Positions 1-14,399 of a stretch of DNA of 64,000 bases are shown here, piece by piece. The position numbers were made by a program, and so were the translations under genes. The notes under the pieces are model-generated. The model saw only the letters and a program-made list of their open reading frames with translations, made no database searches and was not told the DNA's origin. Each line of letters starts with the position of its first letter. Position 1 is the stretch's first letter. The stretch is from Octopus vulgaris (Eukaryota). The stretch lies in contig OX597820.1 of the NCBI GenBank assembly GCA_951406725.2, forward strand, positions 104,842,001-104,906,000, read 5' to 3'.

Positions 1-228
1 ACTTTTAGCGCTCCCCTGGCAAACAAAATGTCTAATTCAAAATTTCTCTCGAAATCAAAATTTGAAAAGCGATAGCGAAACCGGTTATTATGTTGGAAGA
101 AAAAATCTCATTTTGCACAATATTGTATAATACTTTTGCTATTATGATTCTAATATATTCTTTAGTCTTATAAAACAAATATTCTCTGCTTTTCATCTTA
201 TTTCTTTCCATGTATTATATATATATAT

Positions 229-1481
229 ATAGGATCGGCTGAAAAGTTCATAAGCTGATCAAGATACTTTCATGAAATGTGACCGAAAGAGGTTTATTTT
301 TCAATATAGTCCCCACTTGCAGTCCACACACTCTTTCCATCGGTGTTGCAGCATTTGGATCTCACTGGTGAAGAAGATTTCATCCTGTTGGTAAAAAAAA
401 AGGTCATCAATGACGTCATCATCAGTGCGATATTGTTTCTCAGCCAAATGCATTCTCTTGTCGGCGAACAGATGCTAGTGTGATGGGGCCAAATCATAAG
501 AATAAGAAGAGTGCCCAACCAATTCAAAATCACAGCTACCACAGCTGTCACAGCAGCAACTGAAGCCAATGACTTGTGTACTGGAGCATTGTTATAACGA
601 AACAAGACTCCTTTCGTCAGTTTTCCTTGGCATTTGGTCATGATAGCCTTTCGTAACTAGCTCCGCAAGTTGGCATAGTACACTCCATTGATGGTGCGGC
701 CCTTTTGAAGATTAGTTAATAAACACAGTACCTTTCGCATCCAAAAAATTTGAGACCATCATCTTCCCTGCAGATGAACTGACCTTAGATTTCTTTGGAG
801 CAGGAGAGGCGGAATGTTTCCACTGCATGGATTGTCTCTGTTTTTTTTTTTTTTTTTGGCTCAAAGTGATGGAGCCAACATTCATCCTGAGCTAGAAAGC
901 TTTTATCTCCCTCAAACAATGTCATATTTTCCTGTTATATGATCAGCCAGGTGAACTTTTGATCAAGTATCATAAGAAGTGGTGCCCACCGAGCAGAAAC
1001 CTTTATTATGCCAAGTTCATTCACAGAATATACTTATAGCATTGGCTATTTCATTTATAGTCAATCACCTATCACCCATCAACATGTCTTCTTTGGTGTG
1101 GCAGCTGCAGGACGTCCAGGCCTTAGGTCATCTTCCAGACTCTCCCTTCCCTTCCTAATTTCAGCTGCACACTTTTTCACTGTTGATAAAGCTGGAGCGC
1201 CATCTCCTAATGTAGCAACCATGTCAGCACGAATGTCCTCGGGGTTAAACCCTTTTTCTGAAAGTACTTGATAACACCACAAAGCCAAATTCTGTCCATT
1301 TTCAAGAGAAGTCGCTACTAGTTACTTTTGAAGACTTCTTTGAACAGTCAGGTGTCATTTTACCAGGAAAAAAACAACCCAGTTGATAAGAAAAGGAGTT
1401 GAAATTAATGCATGCAAGATTTCACAACTCTAGCATCACTCCTTCATAGCCAGTCTATAAAATTTTCACCTTACCTTTGTA
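229..1481 (-). mobile_element. Degenerate full-length mariner (Tc1/mariner) element
   Basis: Frameshifted transposase pieces (DIRADMVATLGDGAPALSTVKK..GRESLEDDLRPGRP; GVLFRYNNAPVH); imperfect TIRs (ggctgaaaagttcataagctga near 238 / agccagtctataaaattttcacc near 1450) flanked by TA. Confidence 0.9.
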
Positions 1482-1486
1482 TATGC

Positions 1487-1950
1487 ATACGACGGGATTC
1501 TTTCAGTTTCCCTCTACCAAATTTACTGAAAAGGCCTTAGTCTCTTCGGGACTACTGTAGAAGACACTTGCCCAAGGTGCTACGCAGTGAGACTGAACTC
1601 GGAACAGTTTGGTAGGGAACCATGTGAATGGATTGGCAGACGGAACTCGGAACCATGTGAGTTGATTTGGCAGACGGAAACTGAATAAAGCTCGTCGTAT
1701 ATGTGTGTGTGTGTGTGTGTGTGTTTGTGTGTTTGTGCCTGTTTATGTAATCCCCTCTATCACTTGACATCCGATGTTGGTGTGTTTACGTCCCATAACT
1801 TAGAAGTTCGGCAAAAGAGACCAATAGAATAAGTACTGAGCTTACAAAGACTAAATCCTGGAGTTAATTTGTTCGATTAAAACCCCTTTAGATGGTGCTC
1901 CAGCATGGCCGCAATCGGATGACTGAAACAACTGAAAGAAAAGAATAACA
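1487..1950. mobile_element. Rearranged tRNA-derived SINE (family A): inverted 5' part joined to forward 3' part
   Basis: Matches the full copies at 11455-11902 and 23204-23638; orientation switches near 1625. Confidence 0.8.
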
Positions 1951-1969
1951 GAATGTGTGTATGTGTATA

Positions 1970-2022
<53 letters not shown>

Positions 2023-2539
2023 GTATATGTTTATGTATATGTATGTATGTGTATATCTGTTACTTATATGTATGTATATTTATGTGTGGGTATATATGTA
2101 CATATGTATATGTGTATGTATGAATGTTCATGTCTGTGTATATATGAGTATCTGTATGTATATTGTATATGTATATTATGCATATATGTGGCTGTTTATA
2201 GGTATTTGGGGGACTGAATATTTGTTTGTTTAGTTTTAACTACGTATGTGGTCCATCTCGATATTGGTTTTGATCTAACTTTTATTTAATTACGAGGATA
2301 TAATTGTATTACCTTTGATCAAGAATAAATTACCTATTATATATATAGGGGTACATAGATATGATAATGAATAACCTTGGATTCATATTAAATAACCATC
2401 TTATATTAGTAAATGGATGTATAAATGATTGGATAGGTATTAATACAGAATTATAATATGAATAGTTACGTATTTGAGCAACATTAAAATTGTATATCGA
2501 TCTCTAAAATATCTACAATAATAATAATATATATCTATC

Positions 2540-2597
<58 letters not shown>

Positions 2598-2653
2598 TGA
2601 CAACAGAATGTGACCTCGATATTATGTGAATAGAGGAATTTATCTATAAATAT

Positions 2654-2775
2654 AATATGTGACAATTAGTTGGTTGTCATAATAAAACTCAGAGTTTCGG
2701 ATGCCGGAGCAGACTTCAGCCCTGGTATTCGAAACTCTAAGTTTTATTATGACAACCAACTAATTGTCACATATT
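2654..2775. repeat. Long hairpin (46-bp arms, 1 mismatch)
   Basis: 2654-2699 is the reverse complement of 2730-2775. Confidence 0.95.
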
Positions 2776-2786
2776 GTGTGTGTGTA

Positions 2787-2835
<49 letters not shown>

Positions 2836-3264
2836 TGAATTTAGAGCAGAGTAGCGGGAACTCCTTTAGTACGATCGATGCTCTTTTACTTTTGGCGTAA
2901 AGAATTTGCATGTTCACAGATAAGCTTTGAGCGAGTTGGATTCAAGCTGCCAATGACATTAGTAGGAAAAAACTCTATACAATAAATATCCAATAAAATA
3001 AACAACCTCCACAATATGTACTCTACAGGCCGGACATCCAGAGGGGAACACAATTTGCATTTCACACACAACTCACACACTGCAAACACTAATACAACAG
3101 AAGACTGCAACCAAACCCCATTATAAAATAAATGGATGCAGTACAACACCGGGAAGAGCCTGAACTCCCCCAACAACGAAAAAGAACACACAATGATGCA
3201 CCGCAGCAACACGAAGATGTAGCAGGTGATGCAGCAAAAACCTGCCCGAAACTATCAAATGTCG

Positions 3265-3280
3265 AATAATAATAATAATG

Positions 3281-3337
<57 letters not shown>

Positions 3338-3340
3338 GTA

Positions 3341-3397
<57 letters not shown>

Positions 3398-3400
3398 GTA

Positions 3401-3460
<60 letters not shown>

Positions 3461-3463
3461 GTA

Positions 3464-3516
<53 letters not shown>
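3265..3516. repeat. (AAT)n microsatellite
   Basis: Directly visible; further arrays at ~2540-2597, 4234-4297, 4698-4790, 5688-5739, 18237-18402. Confidence 0.99.
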
Positions 3517-4232
3517 TGATCATGTTGTCTCCAAATGCAGTCTTCTAGCGCCTACAGAGTACCTCAACAGCTGCACAATATATTCGCTGGGTAATTTGCA
3601 AAAACCTGGATTTGCCCCATGAAAAAAACTGGTGGGAACACAATCCACCTCCAGTGCTTGAAGATGACCACATCTCACTCCTCTGGAACTTCACCATTCA
3701 AACTGACAGAAAGATAGATGCAAATAGGCCAGACATAATATAGAAAAACTTCAGACAAAGAACATGCCTCCTCATTGATATGACTGTCCCAATCGATATA
3801 AACGTATCTGTCAAGACCTACCAAAAACTGAGCAAATATAAAGATCTGGAAATAGAAATCAGCAAAATGTGGAAGCTGAAGACTAAAACAATACCTGTTG
3901 TCATAGGTGCCCTGAGAATGATAGCAAAAGGGGCTGATTGCTACCTAATTCAGATACCAGGAAACCCAAAAGTGGCAGAAATTCAAAAGATAGTGCTCAT
4001 GGGAACTGCTCATATCCTACGCAAAATACTTTCTATGTAATCTCAAGGTTTAAAACAAACATAATTTTCGTTTTTTTGTTTTTAGACATTCACTTGTACA
4101 ACACCAAAAAAAAAACAAATATATGGCACACTAGGCATAACAACAACATGAACTTCCAACCTTTTGTCTCTTGAGGTCTCTGGGTGAGACTTGGAGCCAA
4201 CTTGTACAAATATAAAGCAAAAGTCAAACATA

Positions 4233-4233
<1 letters not shown>
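3514..4233 (+). mobile_element. 3' fragment of an R4/Dong-type non-LTR retrotransposon (zinc-knuckle end, restriction-like endonuclease, 3' UTR)
   Basis: IDHVVSKC...LLWNFTIQTDRKIDANRPDII...LIDMTVP..K..KLSKYKDLEIEI..W..PVVIGAL; followed by (AAT)n. Confidence 0.85.
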
Positions 4234-5067
<834 letters not shown>

Positions 5068-5068
<1 letters not shown>

Positions 5069-5687
5069 TCTCCCATGTCCTAGCTCGAGCGAGATGCCTC
5101 TCAACGCCTCCAATTTCCGCAGTAATGGTTCTACAGCCAGTACATACAGAAGAGACGAGAGGGGACACTCCTGACAGACCGAACACATGATGTTGAATGG
5201 TTCCTATAAGTAACCATTCACCCGAGCTACCCAGCAAATGTCTTTGTACATTGCAGCTATCCAGCTTCGGAAAACGGGACCGAAACTAGCCGCCGAGAGA
5301 ACAGCCGCCACATATTGGTGGGCGACCCTATAGAAAGCCTGGTATGGATTCTCTACCCTATGAGATTTGCTTCTCAGACTTGTTTGGCGGTCTTTTGGCA
5401 GATATCTACTGCCACTAGCAGCAAAAGGAAAAAAATCCCAATTTTGTGAATCGGTGAACTGCTAACAAAGAACCCAAACAAGGGGGAATCAAATAGAAAA
5501 TTCTTGGCCCATAACATTGCTGAAAGCAAACTTCAAAATTTTGGCCAAGGTGTTAGCAAAGAGGTTAGCGCTTACCGTCGATTGGTGATGCGCAATTCCG
5601 AACAGATCCATCCATAACAACCTCTACTTCATGCGATACATCATAGTCAGGGTGGGTAAGGAACCTGGCATGGTCGGGGCCCTGATC

Positions 5688-5690
<3 letters not shown>
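5068..5690. mobile_element. Tx1/L1-clade RT fragment with internal inversion
   Basis: + strand ~5400-5690: PITLLKANFKILAKVLAKRL..SIHNNL..ALIN; - strand ~5345-5068: AFYRVAHQY..FRSWIAAMY..VCQECPLSSLLYVLAVEPL. Confidence 0.8.
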
Positions 5691-5739
<49 letters not shown>

Positions 5740-6240
5740 GTTTCAAGTTAAGGCACAAGGCCAGCAATTTCGGGGGAAGTGCAGGTCGATGAAAACGACC
5801 CCAGTTCTCAACTGGTACTTATTTCATTGACCTTAAATGGATGAAAGGTAAAGTCGACCTTGGCGGAACTTGAACTCAGAACGTAAAAACAGACGAAATA
5901 CCGCTGAACATTTTGCCTTAATAATAATAATAATAATCCGTTCTGCTATTGGTACAAAGCTTGAAATTTGTGGGGAGGGAACCAGTCAATTACATTGACC
6001 CCGGTGTTTCACTAGTACTTAATTTATCGACCCTGAGAGGATGAAAGACAATATCGACTTCGGCGGAATTTGAACCCAGAACGTGAAGACGGACGAAATG
6101 CTGCTAAGAATTTTACCCGGCGTGCTAACGATTTTGCCAGCTCGCCGACTTAACAATAATAATAATAATCCTTTCTACTATAGGCACAAGGCCTGAGACT
6201 TTGTGGAAGGGGGGTAGACGATTACATCGATTCTACAAGC
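5740..6240 (-). mobile_element. Tandem copies of tRNA-derived SINE family B
   Basis: Head ggcgagctggc..., B-box-like gttcaaattcc, core cctttcatcc..ggtcgataaa..aagtac; copies at ~5740-5918, 5940-6150 and a tail at 6170-6240. Confidence 0.8.
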
Positions 6241-6263
6241 TCGCCAACTTAATAATAATAATA

Positions 6264-6285
6264 CTAGTAGTAGTAGTAGTAGTAT

Positions 6286-6361
<76 letters not shown>
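6264..6361. repeat. (TAG)n microsatellite
   Basis: Directly visible. Confidence 0.99.
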
Positions 6362-6362
<1 letters not shown>

Positions 6363-6513
6363 ACAACAATAAAAATAATAATAATACAAGACTTAAAAGA
6401 GACAGTGATTTAAAGTTTCTGTAAAGGAAGAAATATTACATAGATAAATAAATAAATAAATAAATAATCTTTATTAAGGAAAGATTGGATTTTTATTTTA
6501 TTTATTTTATATT

Positions 6514-6703
6514 TTAACGACAAATACAACTACCAACAATCAATGAACGCCTGAATTGTGTTTCTTCATCCACTTCATCCTCGACCTCATCATTAACTTC
6601 GGTACTTTCGTTATTGTCACCATCATCATTATCATCGTCACCATTATCGTCGTCATCATCGTCATCCTCATCCTTTCGTTTTCCATGTCGGAATATTATC
6701 GAT
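6514..6703 (-). CDS. Candidate terminal coding exon of a peptide precursor (xSIIFRH-GKR, acidic spacer, RR-SLIVGSCICR*)
   Basis: Strong acceptor (long polypyrimidine tract, tttttag|) at 6704-6705; phase-2 frame is open to TAA at 6514-6516; AATAAA motifs follow immediately. Confidence 0.5.
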
Positions 6704-7149
6704 CTAAAAAAAAAACAAAGTAGGAGAAATAAATTAGACGATTAAAATAAAATTGAATAAAGAAGAAAGAGAATCTCTCAAATAACCTGCCCACTTTTTC
6801 TGAAAACCACTCAAGGCTTTCTCTCCACCCAAGGCTTTCGAGAAGTCAGCCCACCAATTGCATAATGTTGATAGGACCTTGTCAGAGAGAGTGCATGAAT
6901 ATATATATATATGTGTATATATCGAGACGAAATGAAAAAGGACAATTCATAAACCTTCACATCATACAACCAAAAAAGACACTGCCGTTGGAAAGAGTTA
7001 AGAGGAAGATTCCGTTGAACAGCGACATATAAGATACCATTTACCTAATTCAAAACTACAAGCTTTCATTTTGGAATCAATAGCAACGGTAAGATAAGAC
7101 TGTCTAATTTCTAGCAAATTTCTTGTAGATTCAAATCCTTTAATTTTCA

Positions 7150-7213
<64 letters not shown>

Positions 7214-7500
7214 GATATATATATACATCTATATATACATACATCTACACATACATATATATATATATATATGTATGTATATATGTATAGGCATATATAC
7301 ATATATATTTATATCTATATATGTACATATACATTTAAATATTTGGCTAAACTGGCAAAATGACCATTCCGAAATATAACAATGTATATATACATATATG
7401 TATATATATATGCGCATATACATATACAGATATTTATAAGTGTGTATGTATACGTATATATATATATATACATATACATGTATGTATATGTATATATACA

Positions 7501-7547
<47 letters not shown>

Positions 7548-7833
7548 GTACATACATACATACATACATACATACATACATACATACATACATACATACA
7601 TACATGTCATAAAATCCACTTCTATCCTCTATTTTATTTTTTCGGGTTATTTTAAAATATTTTCGTTTGCTAGTGGTTTGAATGTTTTCGGTATTTGTTC
7701 TGCCTCTCTGCGCTCTGAGTTCGAATGCTGCCGAGGTCAACATCCTTACACATTCGAGTTTCGATAAATGAAGAATCAGTTTGATACTAGAAAACCGATT
7801 CTTCTCCCTTCTCTCTCTTCTCTCTCTCTCTCA

Positions 7834-7869
<36 letters not shown>

Positions 7870-8049
7870 CTTTCTCTCTCTCTCTCTCCCTCTTTCTGTC
7901 TCCCTATCTTTCTCTCTCTTCCTATTTATCTATCTATCACTTTCAGAATCGGCTATTTATTCTGTAGGAAATACCATAGAGTCCATTCACATGTCCATTT
8001 CTCCGGGAATGGAGAACAGCTGACCGAGAAGTCAACAAATTGTTAGTTT

Positions 8050-8174
8050 TCCAATCACATGGTTCCAGGGTTCAGTCCCACTGCGTGGTATCTTACTCGA
8101 GTGTCTTTTGCTATAACCCTAGGCCTACAAAACAGTGAGAGTTTGGTACACGGAAACTAAAAGAAGACTGTCAT

Positions 8175-8230
<56 letters not shown>

Positions 8231-8420
8231 CTGTGTGTGTGTGTGTATCTGTGTGTGTGTATCAGTGTGTGTGAGTGTGTGTGCGTGTCTTAGCAGTTTG
8301 AAAAAGTGCCAGGCTCTAAAATAAATAAGCACTGTGGTCGACCTGTTCGACTGAAAACCCTTCAATGCGGTGCCCCAGCATGGCCACAGTCCAATGACTG
8401 AAATAAAATAATAGATAAGT
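8050..8420 (+). mobile_element. SINE family A, degenerate copy with internal (TG)n
   Basis: ccaatcacatggttcc..gttcagtcccactgcgtgg; 3' cagcatggccacagtc. Confidence 0.75.
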
Positions 8421-8474
8421 TACATGGGTTGGTAAACGTTATACTTGGCTTGATTTTCATTTATCTACAGTTAC

Positions 8475-8549
8475 CTTGTTGCCAAGTAAAATAATATTTT
8501 CTTTTGTTGTCAGCGTATACAGAAAGACAGAAAATAACAGTTGTCAAAC
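8475..8549 (-). CDS. Possible signal-peptide exon (LTTVIFCLSVYA-DNKRKYYFTWQQ)
   Basis: gacag| acceptor and aag|gtaact donor; hydrophobic stretch ending VYA followed by KR. Phase is not directly compatible with 6514-6703. Confidence 0.3.
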
Positions 8550-9134
8550 TGTCTCAAATCCCCAATTACCGGTGATGCAACGAATCTTATTCAATTGATT
8601 TAATCATTTCTTAAGTCAATAAGTATTATTGAGATAGTCGTCGTCACCGTTATTGTTGTTGTTAATGATGACGTTTATGTTGTTGAACACAAACCAAACC
8701 TATGATTGAAAGCCTTCTAGTCATGACCATCCAGTTGTTTCTTTTCGGACAATACCAAGTTTATATTTATCTAATGTGTTTTAACTTATAATTTCTTTTA
8801 ATAACACGGTGTGACTTGAGGAAATCTTGGTTCTATATCTAGCAAATCGATCAGCTGCGTAGACATTATTTCGTCTATACGTGGAATATTTATGGACAGT
8901 TGCAGAAAGTACTCAGTAGCAAATGAGATTCAATCACAGAACTGAAACAAGTCCGATTTATCTCCCCTTTTTCTGTCCGCGAATACATTGTATTTCAAGG
9001 CAAAATGCTTATATTTGCCTGTGGTCACAGTGTTGACTAAAACTCTATAAACATATGTTATCATTGTACGGCATAGCACTAGAACAAATTGCTCTTAACA
9101 TACTAGCAGATAGCTAGCTAGCTAGCTAGCTAGC

Positions 9135-9216
<82 letters not shown>

Positions 9217-9284
9217 TGCACATATATATATATTTACATAGATGTATACACATTCATTTATATATATACAAATATATATATAAT

Positions 9285-9338
<54 letters not shown>

Positions 9339-9373
9339 AGCATGAAGAGAAACTATCTAAAATATATACAAAC

Positions 9374-9414
9374 ACTAGCATTATGACCCGTCGTTGCCGG
9401 GTCATAGTGCTAGT
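9374..9414 (-). mobile_element. Isolated Helitron 3' terminal hairpin
   Basis: actagcattatgacccg..ccgggtcatagtgctagt matches the termini at 45878 and 52288. Confidence 0.8.
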
Positions 9415-9605
9415 GCATGTATATATGTGAATATATATATATGTGTACATAATACATGTACATCTATATATATACATCTACACATAAAATACAAAATACA
9501 AAGTTATATCTTGATATCGCTAGTGATAACAATATTCAAAATATATAGCAGACTGGAATTGTAAGCCCGTCTCTTGCAATTTTGATCAATTGTATCTTGT
9601 CCTCC

Positions 9606-9644
<39 letters not shown>

Positions 9645-9776
9645 CAGGCTTCCTTCAGTTTCTCTCTACCAAATCCACTCACAAGACTTTAGTGGGTTCG
9701 AGATTATAGTAGAAGACACTTGCCCAAGATGCACGCAGTGGGACTGAACCCAGAACAAGACAGACAGATAGCTAGC

Positions 9777-9907
<131 letters not shown>

Positions 9908-10952
9908 GTTTCTTTATTAACCACACAGGGCTGCACACAGACGGGACAGATTACAAAGTAGAGCTTTTCTTTTTGGGGGAGAGAAAAAAAAAGAGGTGGG
10001 TTTTCGATCAAAAGGGATCGTAAAAGGGAAAGAAGAAAAAAGGGGAAAAAAGGGGGAAAACGATCAATAGGGATCATGTATCACAGTGTCATGGTTTAAA
10101 GTGTAAAGGGAGAAGCTGATAAGGTTTATCTGTGGAAAGAAAAGCCTACGGAAAAGACCACGGTAACCTCGGTCAATGATGTTTTATGTTACCACATTTG
10201 TTTGCAAGTAGGTAACCCTCTGTTTTAAATTTTCCGGGTTCATAGGATTATGCTCAAAGTGGTTTCGTCATTCATACGTGCCATCCTTGCTACATTCACC
10301 CATCTTTTTTTCAAACATCCGCTAGACAAAACTTGCCTCTCTACTCTCACTTTCCTTTTCAAGTGATACTTGAAAAAGTTGATGAGAGATTGACCAGAGA
10401 GGAAAGTGTTTGTCTCCAATCCTTTCAGACGCGTCCACCAGATACATTCTTTCGCCATAGCCACAAGGATGATGAAAATAGCTCTTCCTTCCGGTTTAAA
10501 GGAAGGAGGCGTGACGATATAGACGATAGACTCGGCTGATAAACCGACTCGTCCCACACATGACAGCAGTCGTTCGACATAAGCCCACAGGTCGGAAATT
10601 GTTGAACACTGCACGAGTGCGTGCAGAACGGTTTCGTTGCTCTGACCGCATCTCGAGCAGGTCGGCCCCGTGTTTCTCGAGCCGTGTCTGTAGAGCTTAT
10701 CCCGAACGGGTAGCGCTTCTCGGTAGCACTGCCAGGTCAGGGATCTCTGAAAGTTGTCCATGGGCCCTGGTCCGAAAGTCGTCCTGAACAGACGGGTCAG
10801 GTATTCCTCGTCGACGTCCAGGTTCGCCCCGAGCTCGTCGTCGTACCTCCCCTCCACTAATCCCCTATAGAATGCTTTGGTTGTGTTGAAGTCACTCAAG
10901 GTTGACCCGGGACAGCATAGTTGCTCGAGAGCAATGCGACACTCGCGGTGCC
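9908..10952 (-). mobile_element. 5'-truncated Tx1/L1-clade LINE (ORF2 C-terminal zinc-binding region plus 3' UTR) within (GATA)n
   Basis: FQRSLTWQCYREALPV..CSRCGQSNETVLHALVQC..W; stop at 10240; AATAAA then (TATC)n tail; (GATA)n on both flanks. Confidence 0.9.
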
Positions 10953-11177
<225 letters not shown>

Positions 11178-11454
11178 GTGTGTGCACGTAGCTCTGCACG
11201 CGAGTGTGTATGTGCGCGCGTGTATTTCTGAATTATGGAGTTTTTATATGGCATCAGAAAGATCATTGACCGCCGACATATAGTTGTGTGTTTATTGTTC
11301 ACTTGCTTAACTCATTAACTAGTCGTAGTTCCGGCTACTCACGCATTCTCTTTCCTTTATATTTTACACATTTCAGAAATCTAAACAACAGACTATTCAA
11401 AACAAAGTCGACTTTTTTCTTTGAGGCGGCTACTATTTGTTCTGTATTTCTTTT

Positions 11455-11672
11455 ATTCTTTTATTCTTTTACTTGTTTCAGTCATTTGACTGCGGCCATG
11501 CTGGAGCACCGCCTTTAGTCGAGCAAATCGACCCCGGGACTTATTCTTTGTAAGCCCAGTACTTATTCTATCGGTCTCTTTTGCCGAACCGCTAGGCGAC
11601 GGGGACGTAAACACACCAGCATCGGTTGTCAAGCAATGCTAGGGGGACAAACACAGACATACACACACACAT

Positions 11673-11729
<57 letters not shown>

Positions 11730-11902
11730 CATATATACGACAGGCTTCTTTCAGTTTCCGTCTACCAAATCCACTCACAAGGCATTGGTCGGCCCGGGAC
11801 TATAGCAGAAGACACTTGCCCAATGTGCCACGCAGTGGGACTGAACCCAGAACCATGTGGTTGGTTAGCAAGCTACTTACCACACAGCCACTCCTGCGCC
11901 TA
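11455..11902 (-). mobile_element. Full-length tRNA-derived SINE family A
   Basis: Head aggcgcaggagtggctgtgtggtaag (A box), gttcagtccc (B box), internal TA/TG repeat, tail gactgaaacaagtaaaagaa. Confidence 0.9.
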
Positions 11903-12079
11903 TGTATATTGATGTTCTTTAGCTCCAGTTCAGCCCGGTTGAGTAGAGGCCACTAACTACGGTTACTGAAAAGCTACTTTTTATCTTTTATTTCTTAACG
12001 ACACCTTGAAGGGTTTAGTTAAACAAATCGAGTCCAGTGCTTACACAAGCCAACACGACTTGTCAAGTGATGTGGGGAA

Positions 12080-12620
12080 CAAACATTTTCTTCAAGGAAT
12101 CTTGTTAATGAATCAATATCATATGACGTTTTTCGCAAAACTTCTGTGATCAAATTATTTATCTCATTTCGATGAGTTTCAGGTAAGCCAAACTTGCTGA
12201 GCTCCTTCCCTCCCATTGAGACAACGCGATCTTCAATATCAACCAATGCAGAATTATACGTGTCATCGTTGAATGCTATTTCCCTCTCGGGGAATCTTAA
12301 TTGTGCCTGATATTTGTAGTCTTCTGATAAATCATTCTTAAATTTGTACCACAACGCTAATAGATTACTTACTTCACAATTCAGGAGAAGAATAGTAAAA
12401 AGATATCTCAAAGAAATAGGTGTGCGTGACACTGAAACCTCAGCCATTGTTCTATTCCACAGATTGTCATCGTCTAACAAATTTAAGACTATACAGGCTT
12501 CTCTATAAGTACGAAGGAGAAGGAAGTTGGTCCTCGTATTTCATGAAGAAGCAACCTGAAAAAAAGAAACATTCATAGTAACTCGGATGCACAGAGCAAA
12601 TTCTTCCGATTGTCGAGTCA
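12080..12620 (-). mobile_element. Helitron RepHel fragment (region between Rep and helicase)
   Basis: LLDDDNLWNRTMAE...LRYLFTILLLNCEVSN...LW.KFKNDLSED..YNSALVDIED..L..FGLP. Confidence 0.85.
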
Positions 12621-13284
12621 AATAATATTATACTTGGATGACCCTCAACGTCAGCTCCTCTTTTCCTTATAGCAATATAAAGTAATAAAGGTTATTACAA
12701 TTATACACACAAACACACACACATGTTAGTATGTGTGTCGTTATATTACACTAATGGTATACCTACAGAAGAGTGCCCCACCGAATTTGTTTCTTCCTAT
12801 GTTTAGGGAAAATGGGTATTTTCAAATGAAAAGTTGTACAAATATGCTGGATTGAGATAGGAAAATGATAGCTGACCTCATAAATTCTGATGATACGTGA
12901 AACAAAGGAAACATTTTGGAGTGAAATGTAAGTTACGATTTATATTCTGAAGGTATACAGGGATTAAACGAAAGTGATCGTCTACTGTTTCTATTCTGAA
13001 GATAGGCAGTGGAAAAAGAAAACTAATTTCCTACAGATATAAATGTAGAATGAATGTAAAATAATGCTTATAGCAATATGAAGTATTGGAACTTATTACG
13101 TTATACACCCCACACACAAACACACAGAGCTTATTATCTGTGTCGTTATATTACACATATGGCATACCTACAGAAGAGTGTCTCATTGTATTTTGAAATA
13201 AAATGAAGAAATATAATAATCCTATAAAAGTTTTATCCCTTAGGCAGGTTATTTATTTTTAATTTGGTTTAATTTGGTTTCCCC

Positions 13285-14162
13285 GCAATCCTCCTCGAAT
13301 CGTGCAAAAGTGCCCTGACAAAACCACTACAGATACTCTTCCAGAGTTTTCTTGTAAATGGCAAGCTGCTAAGCCAACTGAAGGAGGGAATTATATGCCC
13401 AATCCATAAAGGAAGAATCAGAACAGATGCCAAAAATTATATACCTATCTCTCTGACGTCACACATCAGCAAAGTCATAAAACGAATAGTCAGAGAGAAA
13501 CATCGGATTCCTTGAAGAAAACGATTTGCTGAGTGATACCGAGCATAGTTTTCGACCAGGTAGGAGCTGCCTGACACAGCTCCTGCAGCACTATGACTGG
13601 GTTTTGAAGCATTTACTCGACAACTCAAATGTGGACGTAATATACCTTGACTTTGCAAAAGCTTTTGATAAATTTGATCGTGGTATGGCATGTCTCAAAC
13701 TGCGCGATATTGGCATAGCTGGAAAACTTGGAGAGTGGTTACATGACTTCCTGGAAGACAGAAGTCAGGCAGTGGTGGCCAATGGTGCAATTCAAAGGAA
13801 ACACAAATAGTGAGTGGTACTCCACAGGGCACTGTCTTGGGAGCATTGCTTTTCATAATGGCCCTCACAGATATGCCCTCAGCTGCCCGAATAGCCACCC
13901 TCGCTAGCTACGCAGACGATACAGAAGTCTCACAGAAAATACAAAAAACCCTAGCGATGTTGCACGTCTGCAGCAGAAGTTGGACACAATTTACAGATGG
14001 GCTGAGGACAATAATATGCAGCTTAATACTGGAAAATTCCAAGCCCTGCACTATCAGCACCCAAAACTGAGCGACAAACTTATGGAGTACACTGACCTAA
14101 TGGGGATTACAATCTCAGAACCTAAATCAGTGCATAACCTGGGTATCAACATCAGTGATGTC
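13285..14162 (+). mobile_element. CR1-group LINE RT fragment (degenerate)
   Basis: PISLTSHISK, FRPGRSCLTQLL, DVIYLDFAKAFDK, SGTPQGTVLG, YADDT. Confidence 0.9.
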
Positions 14163-14399
14163 GATACACACACACACACACACACACATATATATTCTAT
14201 AGATATACATATTATATAGATATACATATACATATATACATACATATCTCCCTTTTCTGTAATGTTTACAACCAGTTTCGTCTATTTTTCCATTCTCTGT
14301 TTAACTTTTGATACATATACATGTAAATCTGAAAAAAGCTCAGGGGTTAGTAGCCCGCCCTCTTAACCACTATGCCATATGCCCATGGGCAATTATGGA

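Noticed and set aside
6787-6877. Phase 1-to-2 exon reading GPINIMQLVG*LLESLGWRESLEWFSEKVGR as a selenoprotein or read-through
   Set aside because: In-frame TGA without a recognisable SECIS or redox motif; more likely the wrong frame or non-coding
12665-13185. ~120-bp direct repeat (~12665-12778 and ~13068-13182) as LTRs
   Set aside because: No TG..CA ends, PBS or PPT; probably a local duplication next to a Helitron relic
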